From: Octopus sinensis
Lineage: Eukaryota
Assembly: GCF_006345805.1 (NCBI RefSeq)
Contig: NC_042997.1
Coordinates: forward strand, 98,642,001-98,706,000
DNA length: 64,000 bases
Direction of reading: 5' to 3'
In this document: positions 28,430 to 41,056 of the stretch, in pieces
Layout of the letters: every line of letters starts with the position of its first letter
How positions within the stretch are numbered: position 1 is the first letter of the stretch
Notes under the pieces: model-generated
What the model saw: only the letters and a program-made list of their open reading frames with translations
Database searches by the model: none
What the model was told of the DNA's origin: nothing
Program-made: the position numbers and the translations under genes

Positions 28430-28770
28430 GTTATAGTTGAAGACCAAATGTAAAACTTAAAATTCGATGTTATACACAACTTATGTAATTTTCAGAAAAA
28501 AAGAAACAGTAAGGTTTCGAAATAACGAAATGTCTCCATACGGTGAAAACTTTTATTGCATTGATATAAGTCATTCACTCATTCGGTCTTTTAGGCAATA
28601 TACACCGTAGGATATCTTTCAATTTATACGATAAACCTTATAAATCTTAAAGTTCAATATTCCCGTGGCATAAGTTAGAGATATTGACATGATTTACTCA
28701 AATAATAGTTCGTGGAATGGACCTAACAAAATTAGCTAGAATACACTCGATATTTCGTATTTAAATCCGG
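28430..28770 (+). mobile_element. Highly decayed Penelope-like RT C-terminal remnant
   Basis: Fragments FYCIDIS, SFNLYDKP and LARIHS across frames resemble PLE FLDLDI..FSLYDKR..LRIAR. Confidence 0.4.
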
Positions 28771-29479
28771 TGTAACTATTTCTATTTGGATAGGGATTAG
28801 AAAGCGTTATATCTTGATAAACTTCCAATATATATTTTGGATATTTTTGGAACAACTCGCCTTATTAACACTTGATATTTCACATTCAAATCCAATGTGA
28901 GTATTTATTCCTGGATATGAATTGGAAAATATTATATGCTGATAACTTACATTACCTATTTTTAATATTCTTGGAGAAACTCGACTTATTAATACTGGAT
29001 ATTTCTATTTTAAATAAGATGTGAATAATTATACTTGGATAGAGATTAAAACATATCGTATGCTGATAACTAACATTACATACTAGCCAGCAAAGGGGGA
29101 GCACGCCTTCCCTCCCAGAGGTGGGGCTGCAGCCCTCTTCTATACCCTTCCCTATACTCTTCTCAGTTATATCCTCGGATAAATGGAAGGGGGTTGAAAA
29201 ACCTCTCCCCTACTCTTCTAACCTCCCCCACTTCCACCCCCTTAACCCTTCTATTATTTACCCTCCATAAGGTTCTAAAGTCATACATGTACACATTAGA
29301 CATTGGAAAGGGTTAGAGACAATGTCATGCACCCTACACGAGCCAAGCTAACTTAATTGCTCTTGCAAAAGTGAGGGTGGCACCTTCTCTCTTTTTCAAT
29401 ATTAGAGGAGAGAATATGTTGTTACCAAAAACGTTAAAACTGTACTAACTTGATCGATCTGTTACTGAAACAGGATTTT

Positions 29480-30230
29480 AACATCCTTTGATACACACTT
29501 TGCTATCATTTATATGGAGAATTGCAGCAGGAACATAAGCCACCCTGTGGTGAGATGGTACCAACTATCAATAATCTTAAAATGCATGTTTCCAAACATT
29601 GCACAAAACTTCAGCAACAGTCAATGGCTAAGTGAGCGAGACATCTTAGCTCCACGTAATGATGCTGTCGACAAAATCAATTGGGATCTCATGCAGCCAT
29701 TGCCAGGACAAGAACAGTCTTTCAAATACATCGACACTCATTGATCAGGACCAAGCTGTAGTTTTCACAACTGAGCTCCTGAACTCTCTACAGCCATCTG
29801 GGATGTCACCTCACAACTTAACATTTAAAAGGGGGTCCCCATCATGCTGCTCAGGAATGTGAATCCACCTTGCCTATGCAATGTCACCAGACTGGTGGTG
29901 AAAGCGACGCAACCCCATGTCCTAGAGGCAGAAAATATCACTGGGAAATATAAGGGGGAAGACGTCTTTATTCCACGGATCTCGTTAATCGCATCTGATC
30001 CCATCCCTTTGAATTTAAACGACTCCAGTTCCCAGTGAAACTAAGTTTTGCTATGTCAATAAAAATCCCAAGGACAATCTCTTAAGGTTGTTGGGCTTAA
30101 CCTTGCATCTCCTATGGACAATAATATGTAGGATGTCCGAGATTTGGAAGTCCCAAAACTTTTTTCTTTATTTGTACTCCAAATAAAGGACACACAGAAA
30201 ACATTGTATATTTAGAAATTCTACATGATT
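29480..30230 (+). mobile_element. Helitron PIF1-like helicase C-terminal remnant
   Basis: WLSERDILAPRNDAVDKIN, TELLNSLQPSGMSPHNL, MLLRNVNPPCLCNVTRL, VFIPRISL, QFPVKLSFAMSI..SQGQSL; frameshifted. Confidence 0.9.
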
Positions 30231-31742
30231 AAAATGTGATTGATTTCATGGTTTGTTTTAATAATTTTGTTTATACTCACTTAGAATTTATACTTAGAAT
30301 TTTTCTGAAAATATATTTTTAATCAGAATAAATATATTTACTTCTTTTAACACTTATATTATTAAGGCACATTCCTCCGCAAATACTTAGTCCGTAAAAT
30401 TATCATAAGAAGATACCAAGTTAGCTTTACAACCAACGAATATTTTTTTCGTTTATATATAGTTTTGAGTTCAAACTCTCCTGCATCTGGATACTTAAGA
30501 AAAACGCATGTTATCTAGCTAACGACTTAATAGATTACGTCAATTTACCAAGCCAGTCAGGAAGCATATAAGCTTTTTCCGTCTCGATATAAGCTTCCAT
30601 TAAATTAGATCCTACCGTCTTAAAAACAGTACAGAGTACAATATTGTCTGAGCATCCCATTTTGTAATCATGATTGATTGAATGACTGACCTGCCCTTTC
30701 AGAGGTTACTCGGGTAAAACAGCATGAATAAAAACATAAGAAGCAGTCATAACAACATCTACGTCATCGTCACCTCAAGCTTTCAAAGATTTTGAGATTC
30801 TTTTGTTTTAAATGATTATGTGCACACGGTTATGCAATGCTTTGTATGTGAATGCATGTGTGTGTATGTGTGTATGTATGTATGTATGTATGTATGTATG
30901 TATGTATGTATGTATGTATGTATGTATATATGTATGTATTTTATGCATGCATGTATGTATGTATGTATGTGTGTGTGCTTGTGTACCTCTGTGTGTGTGT
31001 TGTACATCGGAAGGACGTTGTCTGTTTGATGTCTGTAAAATAAAAATATCATTCTTTTTATTCGTCCTTTGTTTACCCAAGTTTTCCAATGAATTTCAAA
31101 ATAGGATTTTGTTTGTAACTTCAATAGATTTTTTATAATCATTTGACATAATAGCTTGTCACTTTCAACATTCCTGGTTTCTCATGACGTATAAAAGCTG
31201 TATAACATTGCACCACTGTTCTTCCAGATATTGATTTTATAATTTATTCACTCCATTCTATAACAGCTCTCACAACACCATCCCCTTCTCTCTCTCTTTC
31301 TCCCTCCTTCTTTTCCTCCTACTCTCTCTCTCTCTGTCTCTCTCTCTCTCTCTTTATCACATACTCTTTCATTTTCTTTCCTCGTATTTAAATGTTCTAT
31401 CTTTTTTTTAAAATCCTTGACATCGGTATTTTGTTGAAAGGAAGGAACTGCAATAAAATCTACAGCAACAAAAAATATTCCTTAAATATTTTTTGTCCAT
31501 TTTATTCTTTTTGATTTCATTCATAATTACACTTCTATAGGTAAAATATTAAAAAAATGTTTACACTCTTCAATATTGTTCAGATAATACTGAGCGGCAT
31601 TTCTTCATGTAATATTTTATGCACATATTTATGAGAATCGTTGCCCGTACTTTGAATCATGATCGATTTCAGCTCATTAGAACCAGTAAAAATATTATTC
31701 GACAATTTTAAATAAACATTACTACTAAACGCAGATTGATCG

Positions 31743-31895
31743 TGGCTGTGTGGTAAGTAGCTTGTTTACCAACCACATGGTTCCGGGTCCAGTCCCACTG
31801 CGTGGCACCTTGGGCAAGTGTCTTCTACTATAGCCTCGGACCGACCAAAGCCTTGTGAGTGGATCTGGTAGAGGGAAACTGAAAGAAGCCCGTCG

Positions 31896-31926
<31 letters not shown>

Positions 31927-32135
31927 GCGTGTATGTTTTTGTGTCTGTGTTTGTCCCCCTAGCATTGCTTGACAACCGATGCTGGTGTGTTTATGTCCCC
32001 GTCACCTAGCGCTTCGGCAAAAGAGACCGATAGAATAAGTACTGGGCTTACAAAGAATAAGTTCCGGGGTCGAGTTGCTCGATTAAAGGCGGTGCTCCAG
32101 CATGGCCGCAGTCAAAATGACTGAAACAAGTAAAA
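31743..32135 (+). mobile_element. tRNA-derived SINE with internal microsatellite, near full length
   Basis: Same family as 13404; ends ggcggtgctccagcatggccgcagtcaaaatgactgaaacaagtaaaaag. Confidence 0.88.
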
Positions 32136-34667
32136 AGAAAAAAAAGAAAAGAAAATACGTGGTTGCTCGATTTACTAGAAATAGCAATCAAGTCTCCACC
32201 AACTCTTTACAAAAGAAGTAAATTGGTTGGTATGATTTTGGATATATTGTATCTAAGAAAAAGGAATGATATCATTGCGCTTAGATTGGAGTTGAATGTA
32301 TTGGTCCGTAAATAAATATAACACAAGCATTACAAGTTTGTTTACTTGTTGCTTTATGTATTCATACAATGTATCTCATCCTTGTTGAGTCATGCCGACT
32401 CCTAAGGGTTTCCCGGTTTCATAGCGTATAAATTCCCCACCTGGATGAGACACCAGTCCATTGCAGGATTACTCATTTTTGCCAGCTGAGTGGAGTGGAG
32501 CAATGTGAAATGTTTTGCTCAAGAACACAACACGTCGCCCGGTCCAAGAATAGAAACCACAATCTTACAATCATAATCACAGCACCCTATCCGCTAAACC
32601 ACGCACCCCCACACCAATAGTATATGACTAATAAAGTTTATTCATCGAGCCAGTTAAATGATGGCAGTACAAGCATTGGAAAGAGCGGTATGAAATTTCA
32701 TTCTGGCTTTCTTTATGTAGTGGATTCAAAAAGAGATAGAGGTTCATGGCGAGAAGGAAAAATGACCACGTTGTTTAAATGGAATATTATTTGTCAAGCA
32801 ACTAGATATTAAAATAAAGATTCCCTTCAGTAGGATTTGAATTATGAATGTAGGGAAACAGACAAATTCCGAAAGTTACACTATCGAATGATCAAACGGC
32901 TCTGCGAACTTATCACCTTGCTAATAGATGTTCCTAATTTAAGCAGAAGCCCATAGTTTCGAGGGAAATGGTCCCGAGTTCTTAAGCAAGTACTTTATTT
33001 TATCGATCCCGAAAAGATGTGAAATAAAGTTGATGTCGGTTGGACTCAGAATGTAGCAAGCCGAAAGAGATAACTGCAAATATTTTTTCCGATGCTCTAA
33101 TGATTCTGCCTGTTCACCACCTTTAAAAATGTGTTGCCTGAAAGTAGAGCGCGTTAATTATTAGCGCCACCGGGCATGCTTCCACCTACAATTATCGTTG
33201 ATTTATTAGAATTGTTAACATCGCCTAACAAACCAATCAAAATGGTATAATTGCACTGGCGACGATGTTAAAGACTAAACGGTATTCAGTATTTATTTTC
33301 ATCTTCTATTCTCTAGGTTTAGATTTCACTGAAGTCAAAATAATCGCTGAGATTTCACGAATCAGTAAAATCGATATTAGGCGTCTTCCCTATGAACCTG
33401 TAATTCTGAGACGAAGTAAGAAATCAATGTAAATGTATTTAATCTCCTGCCAATGAATAAGGTCAAAACTGCCGTGTTTGGAATATAAAGTATTTGCGAT
33501 ATGATGACATTGTCACGAATTGTAAACAATACAGATAAAGAATTGTGCTCTCAATATCAAACCATTTCAGACAACGCCCTCAATGAAAATTATGAAACAA
33601 ATGTATTTTACTACATCAAATAGTCAACTGAGGCAACGCCCTTTAAGATGATTATAATAACTAGCTGGACCCATGAAAAATTCACGAAAAACGAAAAATG
33701 TAAATATCTATAAACAGTGTACTTGTGCCATGAGAGATGTTTGTATATTATGATCGTCTGTCTTTACGTTCTGAGTTCAAATTCTGCCGAGATCGACTTT
33801 GCCCTTCGTCCCTCGGGGCCGATAAATTAAGTACCAGTTGTGTACTGGGGTCGATCTAATCAACTAGCCCCTTCCCTACAAAAATTTCAGGCGTAGAAAA
33901 GTATATTGCGACAGTTACAGAATATAGAAAGTAATGTAACACCAATGACTATATATAATCCAACCAAAATATCTTTGTTACACAAACGGAAACGGAATTA
34001 CTATTTAACCTTAAAATACATCGTACATATTCAAAGAAACTTAATGTACAAATTGAAATGCAAAAGAACAAAATAATAAATGGATTTATGAATGAAAGTT
34101 TGGTAATTGTCTTTTATTTCCACCACCCGATACTTGCAAACATATTTTAAGTAACCTAAACTATACACACTCAGAAATACATTCATATATATATGTTACG
34201 ATTTATAGCTGTAATTCAAAGGGGCCAGCCTTTTCATATTCTGTGTGAGGCTGAATCTCCCTGAGAACTACGTTAATGTTATGCATGTCTGTGGAGTACT
34301 CAACCATTTATGAGTTAATTTTATCCTCATGTAGTAATGAAAAGTGTGTATGTATCTATGTATGAACTTTTCATTGGATTTATGTATGTATTGTGTCTCT
34401 CAATTTCTCTCTTTCTCTTTCACTTCACAATTACCTGCTCATCGAATTAGCGAATAAGAGACTGAGAATTCCAGACACATGTATATTCCTGTTACTTACT
34501 AGATGAAGCAACACATACTTTTTAATTACTGCTACAGACCGTCCGAGGCACTGTATTATTCAAGTAGAATTTGTTTATCGTAGTGAATATTCAAATAGGG
34601 CAGGAAATGCTTCATCCCCAATAGAAAACGTTTTGACTTCATGGTATCGATAAATATATATATATGC

Positions 34668-34765
<98 letters not shown>

Positions 34766-35195
34766 CAAGAGAGAGAAAATGGAAGAGATGAGAGGAAATT
34801 GGAGAGATTAGAAGAATCATAAGATACGTTACTAGATTCCGTGCTCGAAAATAAACTTGAGGTTACATGTAAGGTATTTTGTAGTGCCCTTGTAAGAAAT
34901 CAGATTAGCGGAGCAGATATTTTCTCAAGTACGACTGGATTAAATATTAAAATCTAGTTAAGATTTGTCTTTATAGTGAACAAAAAGCAGTGGTAGAGGC
35001 TGCCTATTCTCTGCTGTACAATTTGAAGAACTTGGCTGCTTTATCTAGTATACCGTGTGATTGTGTAACGTTCTGTTTTTCTTCGATTTCTCTGCATTTT
35101 CATCCAATTTATGTTTTGTCATTACATAATATTTAATTTATATTTCTGTTCATTTGTAGAGTTGGTATCATTCTGCATTCTTTGATTACTTTCAG

Positions 35196-35276
35196 CTAAA
35201 TTACACTGGTGCCAGTATGAATCCTGCAAGATCCTTAGGCCCTGCAATTATAATGCAAAAATGGGAAGATCACTGG
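35196..35276 (+). CDS. AQP: Aquaporin internal exon (loop E, second NPA motif), classical AQP4/AQP1-like MIP channel
   Basis: tttgattactttcag|CTAAAT..CACTGG|gtaaga; 81 nt, phase 0/0; [27 protein letters not shown] versus AQP4 [27 protein letters not shown]; too short for the ORF track. Confidence 0.96.
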
Positions 35277-35429
35277 GTAAGATTTCCTTTCTTTTTTTGT
35301 TTGTTTTCTTTACAAAAATTCCGAATCTCTTTTTCTTCACTATAAACATTAACAAGTCCTTAAATAAGAAATGAAGAAACGCTTGAGCATCTGATATATG
35401 ATTTTCATTACTTAATAATGTTTTCTACA

Positions 35430-36200
35430 GTCAAATACAACTGGAAACATAATCTTGTTGCATGTGGGCTAACAGTAGATTTTTGCCTTATAAAAATTTG
35501 GCGTATCAAATATTGTTTCCGTCAACGTAAACAAAATTCTCGACCGTTTCTGGAATGCGAATCTCTTGTCGACTTTACGCGTTTGCGGATCCCATCCGTT
35601 TCATTACATACATGTGTCTCACCGTGGCATTTCATCTGACATTCTATTAAATCTTGTGGGCAGTTAGGTTTGGTTTGTCTCCTAGTCTCTTCTTTTTACA
35701 CATAAATGATCTACTTACTGCCCTGTCCGAAAGTGCTCAATCGTACACAGATGATAATATTTTTGATTTCTCCCTAAACTTAGCCATGCCTCATCAGCGT
35801 GCAAACTAACCTCCCACCGCAAACCAGCACTAACTCCATGAAAACAAATCTGAAAAACATTTTCAAATAGAAAAATTCCAAACTTGTTTCTTTCAGCAAC
35901 ATAGAAAAGAAAACCCTGCACTTCTCATAACAAGAAAATATCGTCGGTCACAAAACCCTTAAAATATGCAGAGCGCATATAATGTAAATAATGTAGTTGT
36001 GGTTTATTATATAACAACCCTCCTTTGAACTCCTTAATGACAAGTAGCATTCTACTATTACTACCTTTCCAGGCAAACATTGCTCAAATTAAAAGTAGTC
36101 TCCACTATCCATATAACATCCTACATCTGTCTCCGTTACCAGAAAAATCAATCGCACATAACACTACAGTTCTACAACATTTAGAATTTATCATTTGATT
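35430..36200 (+). mobile_element. Decayed CR1/Crack-like LINE reverse transcriptase remnant
   Basis: Hand translation VNVNKILDRFWNANLLSTLRVCGSHP (cf. LDISKAFDRVWH..LLSKL..YG) and SPSLFFLHINDLLTALSESAQSYTDD (cf. SPTLFLLYINDL..YADD). Confidence 0.7.
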
Positions 36201-37126
36201 GCCTTCGTAACGTCCCCCAACATTCTACCTATATCCACAGAATATCCCTAAATTCTTCTCTCCTCCCTTTTTTCTTAGCTAGCGAATCATAAACTCCGAT
36301 TCTATGCTTAATTGAGTTTATTTATGCATTTATATTTCTTCGCTTCTTAATTTTTACTTTTCTTTATTCTTTATCGTTATTTTATCTTCGGTCCTTTCCC
36401 AGCTACCCACTTCTCTAAATCTAGTATAATAAAATATCACCTAGACCCCAACTATAGCCTATCAAAGAACTTGTCTAACTGACTCCTATTTTACCCGGGA
36501 CGCTGACCTTAAATATCATATCACAACTTTTCACAAACTATGTTCTTAACCTAACCCCACACCTTAATAACATCAACGTCCAAACTTTTTGGTCACTCTC
36601 GACACGTCCCTGTCGTATTCCTGGGATTCATTTTCATTTTTTTTCATCTAGTTTCAGCTCACGAGCTGTGGCCATGCTGGGGCACCGCCATTCGATGTTC
36701 ATTTGTTTGTGAAATTATGCTTCATCTGGTGATTATAGTTCGTTTTGTAATGAAGTAATGTTCTCATTGTTCTATTAACAAAATGTGCAAGAAAAATCTG
36801 TAACATGTTGCTTAACATACTAGAAAGACTAGTCAGAAATGTCCAAAACACAGTTAAGAGCAATTTCGAAGGGAATGAAAATTAAAAACATTTACCATGT
36901 TTTACAACCGGACCTCAGATTTCGAACTTTAATTAGCAAATAAAATAATTTGCAAGGCGAAGTTCTCATCAGCAGATACGCCAAAATATTAACATATAAA
37001 TTAGAGACCAAATAACACGTTCGCATCCTTATATATTATAATTTATCTATCTTCCATGCAAGCGCAGATTAAATCGGCAGCAAATAAAAATTCCGACTAA
37101 ACTTCAGGAATTGCAAAAATCAATTC

Positions 37127-37284
37127 TTAAAATTAATATAGGGTAGGAAAAATTATAGATTTTTTTGTCCTTAAATGTACACTAATTTTTATATGCAAAA
37201 TATGTCTATTGACTTCGTGTATATACTAGGCCATTGGTAGAAAAAGAAATTCTATAATTTTTTCCTACCCTATATTAATTTTAA
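37127..37284. repeat. Small MITE-like inverted repeat with ~33-bp arms
   Basis: ttaaaattaatatagggtaggaaaaattataga mirrored at 37251..37284 with one indel. Confidence 0.8.
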
Positions 37285-37308
37285 TTATGTATATTTGTTT
37301 ACAAATAT

Positions 37309-37387
<79 letters not shown>

Positions 37388-37685
37388 ATATGTCGCAAAT
37401 CTGTTTTAATATACTTTCTATGGTTAAATAGCTTTCTGGCTATTTAAGAACCTATCAGCTCACCTCTATGTGACGTTCAGTGCATTACAGAAACCATATT
37501 AATTTTCAAAAAAACATGTCGCTCTCATTATATAAACTAAATGATGTAGTTACAGAAGTATTCTCTTAGAAGAACAAGAAATATCAATGCTAGCAATGCG
37601 TATGATTATAGGTTTATTCTTCCTGGGCTGATACGTGCCTAAAGAAAAATTATGGCTATCTAAATATCTATCTATCCGCGTATCC

Positions 37686-37731
<46 letters not shown>

Positions 37732-37919
37732 ATAATAAGACAAGGTAGAAAATGCTAAAATAATTTTATCAAGAATATTTTAGTACCGGTTTTTCAACAC
37801 GGAGTAAAGTATGAAAAACAAATAAACTGTTGGAAAAATGAAATAAAATATTTTTTTTAGTAATTCCATTTTTTTTTCTGTTTGTATCTATCTCTCTCTT
37901 TTACTCTTATTACTATCCA

Positions 37920-38600
37920 CACAGCTCTTACCAGATCCCGTTTCGTAGACCGTGCTTCTGCTCTCTCTCCCCGCACCCGCCTCGCTGTTGTACGTCTCCT
38001 GTTTCCCCTCACCTACCACTCATCCACTCATCCCCTATCGCACCATTCTCCGACCCTTCCGTCGACTACAGTCTGAACCATCCACCTCGCACATCTTCCC
38101 CAACCTACCCGTTTCCTTCTTCAAACGAGCCCACAACCTGCGTGACCTCTTGGTAAACATTTTCTTCCTTAACCCCACCTCCCAGCCTGGCTTGTTCCCC
38201 TGCTCCCGCCCACGCTGCCGCACTTGTTCCTACCTCTCCAACACCACCATCCTCACAAGCCTCCATCATCGTCCTTATCATATCACCGACTCGTTTACCT
38301 GCACTTCGAGCAACGTCATTTACTGCAATTCATGCTCTTTTTGCCCTTCTCTGAACATCTGTCAAATGGGACACTGCTTGGCTCGTCGGTTCACGGAGCA
38401 CCTCCGAGATATCAGACTCATCAAAGATACCTCGGTCTCGCGCCATTTCCGCTGTACCGGTCATTCACTACAATACCTGTCTGCGTTCGGACTGTTTTTG
38501 CACAGAAGCCATCCGGAATCCTGCCTTCGTTGTGAAGAGGAATTTAAAATTCTCTTTTCGCTCCTATGCCCCACATGGAATCAACTCCCCTCCTCTCTTC
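37920..38600 (+). mobile_element. Penelope-like element 3' ORF remnant with GIY-YIG endonuclease
   Basis: FKRAHNLRDLLV, PCSRPRCRTC, FTCTSSNVIYCNSC, RRFTEHLRDIR, VSRHF. Confidence 0.88.
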
Positions 38601-39264
38601 ATCTGAGTCCCTTCCTCTTCTCTCTTCACCTGACACCTACTTCCTCTCTTCACTCCTACCCATCTTCTCTCCTCATTGATACCCAACTCCCACACACCCC
38701 ATTCCTACATACCCACCCCGTATCCCCCACCTCACAGCGCCACATCACCCCACACCCTCACACTACCCCACACACCGCATCACCCGCACACCTAAACACT
38801 ATCATCCACACATTACAGCCGCACACATCCACATGTGAAAGTCACTAGCCCTTATCCACAAACATATGCACTTACACATTCTCACATAAACACACACGCA
38901 CTCGCCCCAGAGTTTTGGGATCACCAATACTTTATTATCTCCCATTCTTTCTACCGCTCCCATCAAAACTTTTTTCCCCACCAGCCGCCATGCTTGATCG
39001 TTAAATCCACAATTTATTTATTATCTCACTTATCCCTTTCTACATATACGACAGGCTTTTTGTAGTTTCCGTCTACCAAACCCACTCACAAGGCTTTGGT
39101 CGCACCGAAACTATAGTAGAAAACACTTGCCCAAGGTGCTACGTAGTGGGACTGAACCCGCGATCATGTGGTTGGTAAACAAGCTACTTACCACACAGCC
39201 ACTCCTACGCCTACACACACATATACGTATGTGTGTGTGCATGTGACCGCATGTATATCATTGG

Positions 39265-39430
39265 CGATTTTCTTTCTCCGTGTTCCCTTCCTTGTACCTT
39301 TCCTTTTTCTATGATTCTGACGAAGAGCTCCGCTCGGAACGTTAAATCTTCCTTCTTTTTTTCCTTTTCTTAGCGCCCAATAACACTATACTTGTTCCAC
39401 GTCTCGCGTTCTTGTGTTTCCTCTTAGTTC
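39265..39430 (+). mobile_element. Penelope terminal repeat with a point-mutated hammerhead, probably the end of the 37920 element
   Basis: CTGACGA-A-GAGC-TCC-GCTC-GGAA-CGTT at 39317..39343 (GAAA changed to GGAA). Confidence 0.65.
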
Positions 39431-39440
39431 TTTTTGGGAG

Positions 39441-39495
<55 letters not shown>

Positions 39496-40645
39496 CTATC
39501 TGACTGAAGTTCGTAAGGTGGTAAGATCGTTAGCACACGGGGGAAAATGGTTTGTGGTACTTTTTCCATACATTTGGAGTTCAAATCCTGCTGAGGTTGA
39601 CTTTGCCTTTCGTCTTTTCGGAGTCGATAATATAAGTACCAGTTGAACACTGTGACAGATGTAATCGACTTCTTCACCACACCCCGAAATTTCTGGCCTC
39701 AAGTCAAAATTTTAAAGCAATATAGCTATTTATCTTGTTCATACTAACTGCTACAACCATCACTGACTTGGAGAAAAACAACAATACGCAGATGAGACAT
39801 CTAGTAAATGGTTCGCGGTATGTACGTATCCTTTCATTTCATTGCCAGGTAATTTGATCGTAACAAAGTCACATCTTGAGCCAATATATTGTCGATAAAT
39901 ATATCACCTTGCCAAATACATTGTTGCTAAACGTATTGCGATATTTTTCTGTTCGCGGAGCAGGTATTAAAGTGTTTCATTCATTTACTCAATATATACA
40001 TAAGTAGGCTCGCTAAAGTTACCTTTAAATATACTTCCATAAAGTACTGCTGTTAGAAACGATATTTTAAATTAGGAAGAATGAAGAAACATTCTAAAGC
40101 AACAAATTATAATCAATACCACTTAAAAATTCCATATTTCACGATTTTGATATTCATTGATGATGAGATGAATCCCCCTTGAGCTATACGTTCTTTTCTG
40201 TGATGTGGAATCTCTGCAGGGGCGCTAAGCTGTTCAATTATTTCTTTGTTTTACTTCTTTTATCGTTCTTTTCCAAGGATTAAAAATCTTCCTGATCGGA
40301 GGATGGAAATTTGTGATTTTGTAATCCTTTTACGTTGTTACTGATATTTGACTTGTATAAAAACATTAAAATAATATTTGAAGTTACAAAAGTATGATGG
40401 ATAAATTTACTGATGATTCCGAATATAATTACCGTGTACTGTAATTTCCCAGGTGATGAAATTACAGTTTATGCATTTACTGTGTTCTAATTAGCTGTGA
40501 CGAATGTACATCGAAACTGTTGATGGTTTATAATCAGACGCATTAAAATTGCTGCTCAACCTCTCTCAAAATGTTTATTGAATAATACAGGACTGAATAC
40601 ACCATGCATCACAATAAGATATTATAGAATATTGGCTGGGGTGGG

Positions 40646-41056
40646 GGATCTTTCCGGTTTGAAGGGCATTTTTTTAAATAATTTCCACGTAACTAAACAC
40701 TTTTAAACTTCGTATACTGATAGAATGTGTTTATAAAGCATCTTTTTCTTTTGGCTTTATTGAGAAAATTCTATAGTTTGTAAGACATTTGTTGTTTATT
40801 TTTCAATTTCTGCAATTTCAACCAATCAATGACGTCTATTGATGTGAAAACGTTCTGTACCGTATGAATATGTCCCTGGTTTAAGTAACAGATTGGGTTT
40901 ATTTACATTTCTGAAGAAAAAAATACCCTTCCCTTACCCCTAACCCTAACCCTAAAACAGATTGAAATGCAATAGATCGATACTAGGGTTATAATTATGG
41001 GTGACAATTTCATATTACACCGCTAGAGAAAACTGCCGTTCAAACTGAAAAGATCC
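40646..41056. mobile_element. MITE with TIRs, 8-bp TSD and internal (CCCTAA)3
   Basis: ggatctttccggtttgaa.ggca / tgccgttcaaactgaaaagatcc; GGGGTGGG at 40638..40645 and 41057..41064; related partial copies at 44373..44600 and 51811..52140. Confidence 0.85.

Noticed and set aside
32700-32760. DSKRD peptide reminiscent of aquaporin loop D
   Set aside because: The surrounding residues lack the transmembrane pattern and there are no splice sites
33317-33415. 99-nt open frame between an AG acceptor and a GTAAGA donor (LDFTEVKIIAEISRISKIDIRRLPYEPVILRR)
   Set aside because: No aquaporin similarity; the start resembles a decayed SINE body; likely chance splice-like sites
34977-35050. Possible exon EQKAVVEAAYSLLYNLKNLAALS after tttgtctttatag
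   Set aside because: No convincing donor and no similarity to the expected aquaporin TM4-5 exon
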